A stretch of 64,000 nt of DNA. Source: an uncultured Gemmatimonadales bacterium (GTDB lineage Bacteria > Gemmatimonadota > Gemmatimonadetes > Palauibacterales > Palauibacteraceae). Of this stretch, positions 10,244 to 19,892 are shown in pieces. Under the pieces are notes generated by a model. That model searched no databases and was not told the origin of the DNA. It saw nothing but the letters and a program-made list of their open reading frames with translations. Positions within the stretch are counted from its first letter, which is position 1. Each line of letters starts with the position of its first letter. The stretch lies in contig CAWECO010000003.1 in assembly GCA_963807645.1 (NCBI GenBank), positions 38,005 to 102,004 of the forward strand, given 5' to 3'. The position numbers were made by a program, and so were the translations under genes.

Positions 10244-11734
10244 ATGTCATTGAGAACCCATTCCAGGTCGACGGGGACTACACTGACTCTCGCCGTTCTC
10301 GGTTGTGCGGCCGTGCTGGGAATCTCGGCCGGAATCTTCAGCTGGCATGTTCTCGCTGTCCTTATTACAGTTGCCGGCGGGGTGACCGTTCTGGTCAACC
10401 CCTTCATTGGGCTGTCGCTCTTCGTGGCAACGGTGCCGCTCAACAACGTCTTCTTCTTCGTGGACGGAGTCAGCCCTCTAAAGATCCTGGGTGCTGCCGT
10501 GTTCTCTGCCTGGCTGCTTCGAAAGGTCGGCAACAGAGAGTCCTGGCGAGCTATTCTGTCCAGCGGCCTGTTTCTGGCTTCCATCATGTTCTTGGCGTTC
10601 ATTCTGACCAGCATGCTATGGGCACGGTATCCGTTGGCTGCCAGGACAGGCTTCGTTTCCATTGCTCTGGTAATCACTCTAGCAATCATGGTGATCGATC
10701 TCGCTGATTCCAGGGCGCGACTCCTGACTATCGTGAAGGTCATCGTCGTCAGCGCGACGGTGACCACGATCGTGACTGTCTACCAATCGGAGGTGGTTGG
10801 CCTACGCCGCGCGGGGGCGGGTGTGTCGGGCGACGTGAACTCGACAGCGACCATGCTTGTGACCTGCTTGCCCCTGGCGTTCTTTCTGATGCGTTCGGGT
10901 GGAGCTTTCGGCTGGCGACTCCTGGGCATGATCTTCATCCCCATGTCCCTCCTTGCCGTCGTTCTTACGTATTCTCGGTTCAACCTGCTCGTCGTTCTCC
11001 CGATGCTGCTCGTCTTGTACGGACTGGCGCTGCGCGAAGGAAGGAGCAAGGGGTGGCTGACGACCCTGACAATTTGTGCGATAGTGGCCGGAACGATGTT
11101 CGTTCCCTGGAACAAGCTCCTCGAGAGAGCCGAGACCATCCAACCGTATATCGCTCAGAGCTTCCAGTCCGATGAGGGTGATGTGACCATGTCCACTCGT
11201 GGGTATCACCTAGCGATAGCCTTTGCCATAGCCCGGGATCACCCGATCATCGGCGTCGGCTATCGCAACTACGGGTACTACTTCATCGAGGAGTACCAGT
11301 ATCAGGTGCCGGGGGCGGATCGCATCTATGGAACACCTCGAAGTCCACACAGCAGCTATCCCGGGATCGCCGCAGATTTGGGGGTGGTCGGCCTGTCACT
11401 CTGGGTAATGATTCTCGGCCTGGGCATGCTCGGAGCGGTGCGGGCGTGGCGCCGCTTCAGTGTAATGGGCGAATACCGATTCGCTGCCCTTGCCGAGAGC
11501 CTGGTGTTGGCACTCGGAGTGCATGTCTTCGCATACGGTTGGTATCTGCCAAACCAGCACACGAAGGTGCTCTGGGTCATGCTGGGCATGTCGGTGGCGA
11601 TGGAGCGGCTTTCGAAGCGGGTGCCCGGGAATAGGGTCACAGCGATCGAACTTGAGTCAAGTGGCCCAGGCCTCAACCCGCCTTCGGGCTTGTCGCAAGC
11701 GCGCCAGAACTTTTCCATGAGTCTTCGAGCTTGA
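10244..11734 (+). CDS. O-antigen ligase / Wzy-like polysaccharide polymerase (multi-pass membrane protein)
   Basis: About 10-12 predicted TM helices, with a Wzy_C-like core (TYSRFNLLVVLPMLLVLYGL) followed by a large loop. GC is lower than in the flanks. TTG 10232 is an alternative start. Confidence 0.75.
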   Translation: MSLRTHSRSTGTTLTLAVLGCAAVLGISAGIFSWHVLAVLITVAGGVTVLVNPFIGLSLFVATVPLNNVFFFVDGVSPLKILGAAVFSAWLLRKVGNRESWRAILSSGLFLASIMFLAFILTSMLWARYPLAARTGFVSIALVITLAIMVIDLADSRARLLTIVKVIVVSATVTTIVTVYQSEVVGLRRAGAGVSGDVNSTATMLVTCLPLAFFLMRSGGAFGWRLLGMIFIPMSLLAVVLTYSRFNLLVVLPMLLVLYGLALREGRSKGWLTTLTICAIVAGTMFVPWNKLLERAETIQPYIAQSFQSDEGDVTMSTRGYHLAIAFAIARDHPIIGVGYRNYGYYFIEEYQYQVPGADRIYGTPRSPHSSYPGIAADLGVVGLSLWVMILGLGMLGAVRAWRRFSVMGEYRFAALAESLVLALGVHVFAYGWYLPNQHTKVLWVMLGMSVAMERLSKRVPGNRVTAIELESSGPGLNPPSGLSQARQNFSMSLRA

Positions 11735-12641
11735 TCGATTCCTCGATGGCCAGAGCGGTGAAGACAATGTTGCAGTTGATCAGTTCCATTCTCGGTGCAA
11801 TCCTCAGCGAGGACCTTTTCAACAAGATCAAGTTCTTCGCCTTCAACAGGCGCATGCCGGAAATGCGTCAGCCAACGGAGTTTCACGAGAAGGTGTTGTG
11901 GCTGAAGATGAATCAGCGCAACTACCTCATGACTCAGTCAGCCGACAAGTACGCGGTGCGCCAGCTCGTGGCGGATGCGGTTGGGGCTGAGTACCTGGTC
12001 CCGCTGTTGGGAGTCCACGAATCGGTGGACTCTATAGACTTCTCTGAGCTACCGGAGCGCTTCGTGATCAAGGCCACTCACGGCAGTGGGTGGAACATAA
12101 TTGTCACCGATAAGTCAACGGCCGATCTAAGGAGAATCCGCCGGCAGGCTCAGGGCTTTCTCAATCGCAATTTCTTCTATCGGAGCCAGGAGTGGCAGTA
12201 TAAGAACATCAAGCCGCGCCTGCTCATTGAAGAGTATCTGTGCGGCCCCGACGGCCAAGTGGCGTGGGACTACAAGTTCTTCTGCTTCGATCGGGGAAGG
12301 CACCCGGAGATCTATCGTCCAGGTCGATGTGGACAGGTTCGGTGACCACCAACAGATCTTCATGACAAGAGACTGGCAGCCGGCGGGCTGGCGCTTCCGG
12401 GTCGGCACCCGGCCGCCGGATGTCCTTCCACCCCGTCCCGCTCAACTTGAGAGAGATGAGCCACCTCGCCAGGACTCTGGCTCGCGACCACGACCTCTGC
12501 CGGGTCGATCTCTACTTGGTGGGCGACAGGGTGTATTTCGGTGAGTTGACGTTGCATCCCTACGCTGGTTTCCGGCCGCTTGAACCTCTCGAAGCCAGTC
12601 TGCGGACAGGCTCCCTGATCCAGTTACCAGAAACCTGCTGA
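11731..12641 (+). pseudogene. TupA-like ATP-grasp enzyme (teichuronopeptide-type amino-acid ligase family), broken by two frameshifts
   Basis: Family-typical segments lie in three successive frames. The first is FHEKVLWLKMNQRN..FVIKATHGSGWNIIVTDKS..DYKFFCFD. The second is IVQVDVDRFGDHQQIFMTRDW. The third is PLNLREMSHLARTLARDHDLCRVDLYLVGDRVYFGELTLHPYAGF. Frame breaks are near 12291-12300 and 12400-12425. Confidence 0.7.
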
Positions 12642-12802
12642 GCTCCCTATCCATTGAGAATGCAAACGGCCTCGAGCCACGACTTTCGGCTGGCTGGTGC
12701 CAAGCAGGGCCACATGCTTTCGTGGCCGAAGGCAGCTGCCTCACCCTTGACCGGCAATCGAGTCGGCTTGTCCGAGCACGTTAATGAGAGTGTATTGCTC
12801 TG

Positions 12803-14788
12803 ATGTGTGGTTTCACGGGGGTCTTTGATCCATCGAACCAGTTCAGGGAGGAACAACTCCAAGAAGTAGTCGGCCGCATGGCCGATACCCTTCGTCATCG
12901 CGGCCCGGACGATCGAGGTGTCTGGGTGAACGCGGCACAAGGTATCGCCCTTGGGCACCGTCGGCTCTCGATCCTGGATTTGTCGCCGGCGGGTCATCAG
13001 CCCATGCTCTCACCGAGTGGCCGCTATTGTATAACCTACAACGGCGAGATCTATAACTATCGCGCGTTGCGAATGGAACTGGAATCGACGGGTCATAAGT
13101 TCAAGGGGCACTCCGATACCGAAGTACTGGTCGCCGCAGTGGAAGAATGGGGTGTTGGTCAAGCACTCGCTCGGATCGGGGGCATGTTTGCCTTCGGCCT
13201 GTGGGATTCGCGCGATAGAGTCCTGTATTTGGCTCGGGATCGGCTCGGAAAGAAACCGCTCTACTTCGGTCGCATCGCCGGGGGGCTGGTCTTCGGTTCT
13301 GAACTCAAGGCGCTTCGCAAGCACCCGTCCTTCAACAATGACCTTGACCGCGACGCTCTCACCTTGTTCTTGCGTCACAGCTACATTCCTGCTCCACATT
13401 CCATATATCAGGGAATCTACAAGTTGCCACCCGGGTCGTCGCTGCGAATCGACGCAAGGGCAGCGACGGAGTGTCGACGACTCGAAGACTTCTCACAGCA
13501 TCTAACCTATTTCTGGTCCGCTCGAGAGGCGGCAACAGTCGGCAAGGCGAATCTGCTCACCAACGATCCGGCAAGTGCAGTCGCTGCCCTCGACGGCGTT
13601 TTGCGGGATGCCGTTCTGTCCCGCATGGTCGCGGACGTTCCGTTGGGGGCCTTCCTCTCCGGTGGGATCGACTCGTCAACTGTGGTCGCGCTCATGCAAG
13701 CGCAGAGCACCGCGCCAGTGAAGACCTTCACTGTCGGCTTCGACGAGGAGCAGCATGACGAAGCGGCCTACGCCAGGGCCGTTGCGCACCATCTCGGTAC
13801 CGATCACACGGAGTTGTATGTCAGTCCGGAGGACGCCCTGGCGGTGATTCCGAAGTTGCCGCAACTGTACGACGAACCATTCTCCGATCCTTCGGCAATC
13901 CCTACTTACATGGTTTCGCACATGGCGCGGCAACATGTCACAGTGAGCCTCTCTGGGGATGGCGGCGATGAGCTGTTTGCCGGCTACGATCGTTACTTCT
14001 GGACACAACGACTGTGGGGCAAGATCGGCTGGCTACCCGGACCAACTCGAGCGAGCCTCGCTTGGACGATCAAACAGATCCCCGTGCCGGTCTGGAATGC
14101 CCTGTTCAAGCCGTTCACACCTGTCATTTCGGAGGCCCTCTGGTCGAGTCAACCGGGGGACAAGCTGCACAAGCTGGCTGATATCTTGGGCAGCGACGGT
14201 CGAGCAGCTCTCTATCGCGAGTTGATTTCAGTTTGGAAGGACCCTGCGTCCGTTGTGATCGGTGGGGCGGAGCCCAGCACCGTTTTGCGTGATCGCGACC
14301 AGCGGCCAGACTTTTCACAATTGATGGAAATGATGATGTTTGTCGATACAGTAAGCTACCTCCCGGACGACATCCTGGTGAAGGTCGATCGTGCATCAAT
14401 GGGAGTGAGCCTTGAGGCCCGAACGCCCCTGTTGGATCATCGCGTGGTGGAGTTTGCATGGCGGGTACCGTTGTCCATGAAGATCCGAGACGGTGCAGGG
14501 AAGTGGCTACTGCGGCAGGTGCTCTACAAGTACGTACCTAGAGGACTGGTTGACCGCCCGAAGATGGGTTTTGGCATGCCCATCGCTTCATGGTTGCGAG
14601 GTCCTCTGCGTGATTGGGCGGAAGATCTGTTGGGTGAAAGCCGACTGCGACAGGAGTGCCTCCTCCATCCAAGACCGGTAAGGGACAAGTGGGTAGAGCA
14701 CCTGAGCGGAGAACGCAATTGGCATTACTATCTATGGAGCGTGCTGATGTTTCAGGCGTGGCTACGGAGCCAGACTGCTACGGATTGA
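12803..14788 (+). CDS. asnB: asparagine synthase (glutamine-hydrolysing) family amidotransferase
   Basis: Canonical MCGFTGVFD Ntn start, [25 protein letters not shown] and the PP-loop FLSGGIDSS. In an EPS locus it is probably a sugar-carboxylate amidotransferase rather than a primary Asn synthase. Confidence 0.9.
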   Translation: MCGFTGVFDPSNQFREEQLQEVVGRMADTLRHRGPDDRGVWVNAAQGIALGHRRLSILDLSPAGHQPMLSPSGRYCITYNGEIYNYRALRMELESTGHKFKGHSDTEVLVAAVEEWGVGQALARIGGMFAFGLWDSRDRVLYLARDRLGKKPLYFGRIAGGLVFGSELKALRKHPSFNNDLDRDALTLFLRHSYIPAPHSIYQGIYKLPPGSSLRIDARAATECRRLEDFSQHLTYFWSAREAATVGKANLLTNDPASAVAALDGVLRDAVLSRMVADVPLGAFLSGGIDSSTVVALMQAQSTAPVKTFTVGFDEEQHDEAAYARAVAHHLGTDHTELYVSPEDALAVIPKLPQLYDEPFSDPSAIPTYMVSHMARQHVTVSLSGDGGDELFAGYDRYFWTQRLWGKIGWLPGPTRASLAWTIKQIPVPVWNALFKPFTPVISEALWSSQPGDKLHKLADILGSDGRAALYRELISVWKDPASVVIGGAEPSTVLRDRDQRPDFSQLMEMMMFVDTVSYLPDDILVKVDRASMGVSLEARTPLLDHRVVEFAWRVPLSMKIRDGAGKWLLRQVLYKYVPRGLVDRPKMGFGMPIASWLRGPLRDWAEDLLGESRLRQECLLHPRPVRDKWVEHLSGERNWHYYLWSVLMFQAWLRSQTATD

Positions 14789-14838
14789 GTTGGCAACTCT
14801 CGATACCTCCCGGCGCCAGGTTCGAAGACAAGAGCTGC

Positions 14839-15936
14839 TCAACGGGCGCTGACCGACTCATAGAGCGCCGCGTAGGCTTCGGCCATCTGCTGGAGATCCC
14901 ACCCCTGGGCCCGCTTCTTCGCGAGGCGGGCTCGCGTGTGTGCGGCAGTTGGATTCTCCAGCACATTCTTCAGAGCTCGTGCGACTTCGGTGCTATTTCT
15001 GTCCTTTACGAAGAACGCCTGGCCGTCATCGAGTATCTCCCGATGCCCCGTGATCTCGGAAACGACCAGGGGACAGCCACATGCCATGGCCTCTGCAACC
15101 GTATTTGGCATTCCCTCCCAGGAGCTTACGGATACGAAGACGGACGCTCGCTTCATCCAACTCCAGAGATTTGGCAGGTATCCTCGGACGGTCACCCACG
15201 AGTCCAACCCCAGGCGCCCGACGAGGTTCTCGAGTAACTGCCGTTGATTCCCTTCTCCGCACACCAGAGCTTTCCGACCCGGTACAGCCCCGAGTTGGTG
15301 GAGCGCATCCAGCAACACGGGCCAGTTCTTCTGCGGTTCTAATCGACCAGCCGCGAGGATCAGTTCCTCTGGAGCTTTGCCACCGAAGGGCCAGCCTTCC
15401 GCTGCTCGAACCGAGCCTATCTCCTCTATTGCCAAGCCGTTTCGTATGACACATCGGCGCTGCTCAGGAACACCTTGCTTCGCCCAGTAGCGGGAGCCTG
15501 TCTCAGAGTTTGCAGCTATTGCGCTGGCGCGCCGACCCAGTCGCGCCCGAAGCCACTCGCCCCCGGGAGACGCGTAGACCGGGCCCGAACAGCGCTCACC
15601 CAGGATCCAAGGGACATCGGTAGTCAGTGAGGCAAGCCCACCAGCTAAGTCCATTAGGGGCAGCCAGGTGTGGCATACATCAGGTCTCAAGGCCCGTATC
15701 GACTGGCGCAGCCACCATATCAGACGCGGATCGTGACGCCCGCCTTGGGGGAGAGGTGTCAACGTTGCCCCTGATCGCTTGAGGCGCTCGAGGTATGGAC
15801 CCTCAAGACGGGCAACCGCCACGTGCACATCATGGCCCAGATCCACAAGACCTCCAGCTAGGTACGACAGCTGCCTTTCCGCACCACCTCCGTGCATCGA
15901 CCCGATACAGTGCAGGATTCGGAGCGGCCGATTCAC
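14839..15936 (-). CDS. glycosyltransferase family 4
   Basis: LRILHCIGSMHGGGAERQLSYLAGGL and SSWEGMPNTVAEAMACGCPLVVSEITGHREIL. AGGAG lies 5 nt before GTG 15936. The ORF-track start at 16008 is an upstream extension. Confidence 0.85.
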   Translation of the reverse strand: MNRPLRILHCIGSMHGGGAERQLSYLAGGLVDLGHDVHVAVARLEGPYLERLKRSGATLTPLPQGGRHDPRLIWWLRQSIRALRPDVCHTWLPLMDLAGGLASLTTDVPWILGERCSGPVYASPGGEWLRARLGRRASAIAANSETGSRYWAKQGVPEQRRCVIRNGLAIEEIGSVRAAEGWPFGGKAPEELILAAGRLEPQKNWPVLLDALHQLGAVPGRKALVCGEGNQRQLLENLVGRLGLDSWVTVRGYLPNLWSWMKRASVFVSVSSWEGMPNTVAEAMACGCPLVVSEITGHREILDDGQAFFVKDRNSTEVARALKNVLENPTAAHTRARLAKKRAQGWDLQQMAEAYAALYESVSAR

Positions 15937-16332
15937 GATAACTCCTGCATAGCGGAACGTGACAGAGAAGCAAGCACACCAACCGTCAACACAGTACCCT
16001 GATTGCAATGGGCGACTCCATATGACCCATTTGAGGTGAAGCCGTCAATTGCGATAGTTAAAAACCGTGGAGGCAGCCTTCGTGTGCCCGGTCGACCGCA
16101 TGCCGGCCGATTCGCCGTCGCTCGGTCGAATCGACTTCCGAGAATCGGTCGACCTGGGAGCCGGGCCTTGGTACTTTAACTCCCAAGTTCATCAAGTCGT
16201 ACGGCAATTGTGGCAACTATGCAACAGGACCATCTTGTCGTCATTCACAGAGCGGCCCGACGCTTCTTCGGACCGCTTGGGACAACGCCAGCGTGACTAG
16301 CGTAAGAGCAGTAACTGCAATTTGTTAGGGTC

Positions 16333-16650
16333 TTGATGCGGACGAGTTGCCGCGGCTTCTCACCGAGGGCTGGATGCCGGCCTCGGCGGGCACCGTCGTC
16401 TTGAAGCGCCGGCCCCGCACCGCGCCCCGAAGACCCACTTGCGCAGGATCTCGTTCACCCGCCGAAGTTCACGATTCTCACGCTCCAGCTCGCGGATGCG
16501 CTCACGTTCCCGTCGTCAGGCGCGGCCGGCGTCCCGCATCCCGCTCGGCCTGCCGCACCCACCGGCGCAACGTCTCCGCCGTGCACCCGATCTTCTCCGA
16601 AATGGATCGGATCGCCGCCCACTGCGACTCGTACTCCCGTCAACGCACCT
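16333..16650 (-). mobile_element. IS3-family remnant B: 5-prime-truncated orfA fused to a short orfB fragment
   Basis: Minus-strand translation gives EYESQWAAIRSISEKIGCTAETLRRWVRQAERDAGRRP..RIRELERENRELRRVNEILRK, with a frame break. Then comes ..GVVRGRRFKTTVPAEAG, a fragment from the middle of orfB. No intact transposase remains. Confidence 0.6.
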
Positions 16651-16940
16651 CTGTCTTCCGTTTCGGACTTAGAAGTTTCTCCGCAACCACTTCCTCCAGG
16701 AACAGCTTGTCCAGCCTCAGGGTAGCCACTGTGCGCCTCGGCGATCCGTTCTACCCGGTCCAGTTCCTCGAGCCGGCGTGCCTCACCTTCTTCAGGCTCC
16801 CATAATCCCGCGCCACAGTTGACAATGCTACTCGGTGATCCCCAGTTGCCGCAGTCTATGCGCGACCCGCTTGGTTCCGGTAACCCACGCTTCCGCCTGC
16901 CACAACATCCCGGCGATCTTCTCCAAGTGCTTCCTCTCCG
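16651..16940 (-). mobile_element. IS3-family remnant A: decayed HTH_Tnp_1-type orfA, no orfB
   Basis: The minus strand reads ..LEKIAGMLWQAEAWVTGTKRVAHRLRQLGITE*HCQLWRGIMG.., then ARRLEELDRVERIAEA.., then ..TLRLDKLFLEEVVAEKLLSPKRK across shifted frames. There is an in-frame TAG. It abuts remnant B. Confidence 0.5.
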
Positions 16941-17061
16941 TCTGAGACCTCCTTCAGCCATTTGAAGACCCGCCTGCTCGCTTCAGGCAATCCCGACTAT
17001 GTTGCAGATCAGGCAAGTACTTGCACAGCGGGGCGCGTTCGCAGACCATGTAAGACGTTGT

Positions 17062-17069
17062 TGTATAAT
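17062..17069 (+). promoter_or_regulatory. candidate extended -10 promoter element (TGTATAAT)
   Basis: A perfect TGnTATAAT sits in a short AT-rich patch between the IS remnant and the lyase gene, about 430 nt upstream of the predicted start. The applicability of the E. coli consensus to this organism is unknown. Confidence 0.25.
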
Positions 17070-17495
17070 ATATTAAGGGCCTCGCCGAGCTTGGCACGGG
17101 TCTAGCACTACCTCCAGCCGGATTTGAAGGGAAACTCAAACAGTCTGCTGATCAGGGCAAACCCGTGCGAAAGCCGGGGACGCAAAGCCACGAGGCTAAC
17201 GTCTTCCCACGAGGAAGGCCACGCCAGTCGGGTTGCCTGCGGATCGTTCCGCAGCATCTCAGGCAGCACCGGAGCTAACTCCGGTCTGAAGTGGTTCGGC
17301 GTCTTTGCGCATCAGCGAGAACAATGCGCGATCAGAGTGAGGACGCTGACCATGGCTGCGAAGACGAACACCGTTTGGCTCTCCCGGTATACCTTGCGCT
17401 GCATTCGCGTTGCAGCGACTGTCGGTGCGGCGCGCTGCACGGCACCGGCCGGTCGCTCGCTTGTTCGTCGAGGCAACCCTACCAGAGGGAGCGGC

Positions 17496-19589
17496 ATGGT
17501 TGGTCTGGTTCTCGCAATCTGCACGGCAGCGTGCTCTCAGGGCGTGGCTGGTCCGGCTGGCGACGATCTTGAGCCAGCATCCGTGGAGCTCGAGTACTAC
17601 GACTTTCAGCTCATCGCGGGTACGTCGGACGAGATCCAAGCCACAGTGAAGAACAGGCATGGAAAGCCATTGCCCGACGCAGCCGTCCGGTGGTCGTCAG
17701 GCGACCACACGATCGCATCGGTCGAGGAAAGTGCGATTGGTAGGCAGCGGGCCCGGGTCAAGGGCGAGGCGAAAGCCTCGACGAGGCTGACGGCCGCAGC
17801 GGGCGGAAAGACTGGTGTGGCAAACCTAACCGTGGTCGACTCTTCGGCGGTTCAAGGGATCGCAGTCACGGTACCGTCCCTATCGAACCTAGAAATAGTG
17901 ATCGGGCAGGAGACCCAAATTGAGGCGACTGGCCTGTCCAAGGATGGTCAAATCATACTCGGCGCCTCGTATTCGTGGTCTTCATCGAATCCCGAGATCG
18001 TAGAAGTCTCCCCTCAGGGGATGCTCGAAGCTCGATCCGCTGGCCAGGCCACGATCACCGCGACCTATATGGATGTACGGGAAGAACTCCAACTGTCGGT
18101 GAGACCGCAGCAGAGCTCGTCGATCCCCGCGTTCCCGCCCGCCGAGGCCGAAGGAGGCGGCATTGTTCCAAGTGCTGAAGGTTACGGTGCGCTTGCTCTC
18201 AACCGATGCAGATCGTTACCGCTCGTAATCCACCGGGTCACAAACACGGCGAGCGACGGTCCGGGGAGCTATTCAGATGTCATCACGAACCGACTTTCGA
18301 ACAGCTCATACGACATTGTCCTGTTCGATACCGGCGGTACGATCGCCTACCGTCAGGCACCCACGATCCAGAAGTCCTGTTTGTATATAGCAGGTCAGAC
18401 CGCCCCGGGCGGGGGTATACAGCTCCGACGGGCTGAGGGCAGTACATCGACAAAGGGGCTGTTCCAGATTGCACGGCGCGGCAATATATCCAATGTGGTT
18501 GTCAGGTACCTGCGCATTCGCCCGGGCATCGATGCTGGGCGCGCGTTCACCGTCCAGAGTGGTACGAATATTGTGCTCGACCACATCTCTGCGGAATTCG
18601 GCAGCAGCAAGTCGGAGTTCTTCACCCACAATGTGGAAGAACGTGCAGAACCGCTGAGGAACGTTACCCTGCAGTGGTCCATGATAGCCGCGACGCTGGC
18701 GCGGCAAGCGGGAAGCTCCAGGGGAGGGAGCTTGGGCCTGCTTGTGTCGGGCGCTGAGAACGGTGGAGCACCTCTGGAAGGCGTTTCAATACACCACAAC
18801 CTGTTCGCTCACAACTCGCACAGAAACCCCCGCGTGGGTCACCCGGCGCGAAGCGTGGAGATCGCAGGCAACACTGTGTATAACTGGGGGGCGCGCGTCG
18901 GTTTAACCACGCACGACGTCTCGGTGGACTACATCGGCAACTATTATAAGAAAGGACCGGGATCGGGTACGAGAGTGCTTCTACACCAGCTCACCCTCAA
19001 CCATCCGCAACGACTCCCGGGATCTGATCCGGAATTCCTCTTCCTGAGTGGCAACGAGCTTCACCCTGGTTGGGCTGAATCTGCGCAGGATCAGTATTCG
19101 TTGATCGAGTGGAACTATTATGACGTGCACAACTACGAGGAACCGGAGACCCAGACGTGGGAGCCCGCCTCGGAGCATATGGGCTCTTTCGAGAATTCTA
19201 GGCAGACTTCGCCAGCGATCCCTGTCAGCTTGGGCAGTGCCGCTGAGGCACACCAGAACGTGCTGTCCGAGGTTGGGGCGAACAGGAGACTGACGTGCGA
19301 AGGGAAATGGGTGGACGCACGTGACGAGTTGGACGCTCGGCTGATCTCCGACGTGGTCAGCGGGAAGGGCCCATCTCGGGATGAGGAAAAAGACGAACCG
19401 GAGGACTTCGGTGGTTACCCGGGTCTGGGAACGGGTATCGGCTGCGTGGATACTGACGGCGACGGAATGCCGGACGCTTTTGAGACCAGGTACGGACTCG
19501 ATCCCGAGCGCAGGGACGGGGGCTTTGACGACGATGGAGATGGTTACCTGAATGTGGAGGAGTACCTGAACGGTACGATCCCTCGCTGA
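17496..19589 (+). CDS. secreted lipoprotein: Big_2 Ig-like domains + pectate-lyase-like (PL1-type) right-handed beta-helix + C-terminal Ca-binding TSP3-like repeats
   Basis: GAGGGAG SD precedes ATG 17496, and the lipobox is LAICTAAC. Two Big_2-like segments (IQATVKN..VRWSSGDHTIASV and IEATGLS..YSWSSSNPEIVEVS). The lyase motif is VSIHHNLFAHNSHRNPRVG..GNTVYNWG. The tail is DTDGDGMPDAFETRYGLDPERRDGGFDDDGDGYLNVEEYLNGT. The ORF is open from 17124. Confidence 0.75.
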   Translation: MVGLVLAICTAACSQGVAGPAGDDLEPASVELEYYDFQLIAGTSDEIQATVKNRHGKPLPDAAVRWSSGDHTIASVEESAIGRQRARVKGEAKASTRLTAAAGGKTGVANLTVVDSSAVQGIAVTVPSLSNLEIVIGQETQIEATGLSKDGQIILGASYSWSSSNPEIVEVSPQGMLEARSAGQATITATYMDVREELQLSVRPQQSSSIPAFPPAEAEGGGIVPSAEGYGALALNRCRSLPLVIHRVTNTASDGPGSYSDVITNRLSNSSYDIVLFDTGGTIAYRQAPTIQKSCLYIAGQTAPGGGIQLRRAEGSTSTKGLFQIARRGNISNVVVRYLRIRPGIDAGRAFTVQSGTNIVLDHISAEFGSSKSEFFTHNVEERAEPLRNVTLQWSMIAATLARQAGSSRGGSLGLLVSGAENGGAPLEGVSIHHNLFAHNSHRNPRVGHPARSVEIAGNTVYNWGARVGLTTHDVSVDYIGNYYKKGPGSGTRVLLHQLTLNHPQRLPGSDPEFLFLSGNELHPGWAESAQDQYSLIEWNYYDVHNYEEPETQTWEPASEHMGSFENSRQTSPAIPVSLGSAAEAHQNVLSEVGANRRLTCEGKWVDARDELDARLISDVVSGKGPSRDEEKDEPEDFGGYPGLGTGIGCVDTDGDGMPDAFETRYGLDPERRDGGFDDDGDGYLNVEEYLNGTIPR

Positions 19590-19590
19590 G

Positions 19591-19609
19591 GTCGTGGCTG
19601 TGCCACGAC
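19591..19609 (+). terminator. stem-loop directly after the lyase stop codon
   Basis: GTCGTGGC-tgt-GCCACGAC is a perfect 8-bp stem starting 2 nt after the TGA. There is no U-tract, so its function as an intrinsic terminator is uncertain. Confidence 0.35.
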
Positions 19610-19892
19610 ATGCGCTTGCCCGGACAAGCTCGGGTCGTGAACGCGCCTCCGGGCCTACCGGACGAATACTGCGAACACGCTGCCATTTCGTCGTACCGTC
19701 CTTCTAGAATCTCGGGATCGACGCCCGACTGCGAGCACCCCTCAGATTCCGAGAAGTGCAGGCGCCGAGACGGATACAAGTTGCAGCTTGCCTTTGGAAG
19801 ATCGCTGATCGTCGTATTCCACGGGAGCTTGAGCCAACTGAGCACAGGGGGACTGGTGTCTTGGGTGCGTGGCTCGTACACCAGAGGCGATA

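Noticed and set aside
17124-17495. 124-aa N-terminal extension of the lyase ORF, and the possibility that this segment is a group II intron fragment
   Set aside because: The extension is Arg/Ser/Cys-rich with no signal peptide. A lipoprotein signal with a good SD begins at 17496. For the intron idea, there is no GUGYG..AY boundary pair, no domain V/VI-like sequence and no reverse-transcriptase ORF. It is kept only as an unclassified structured leader.
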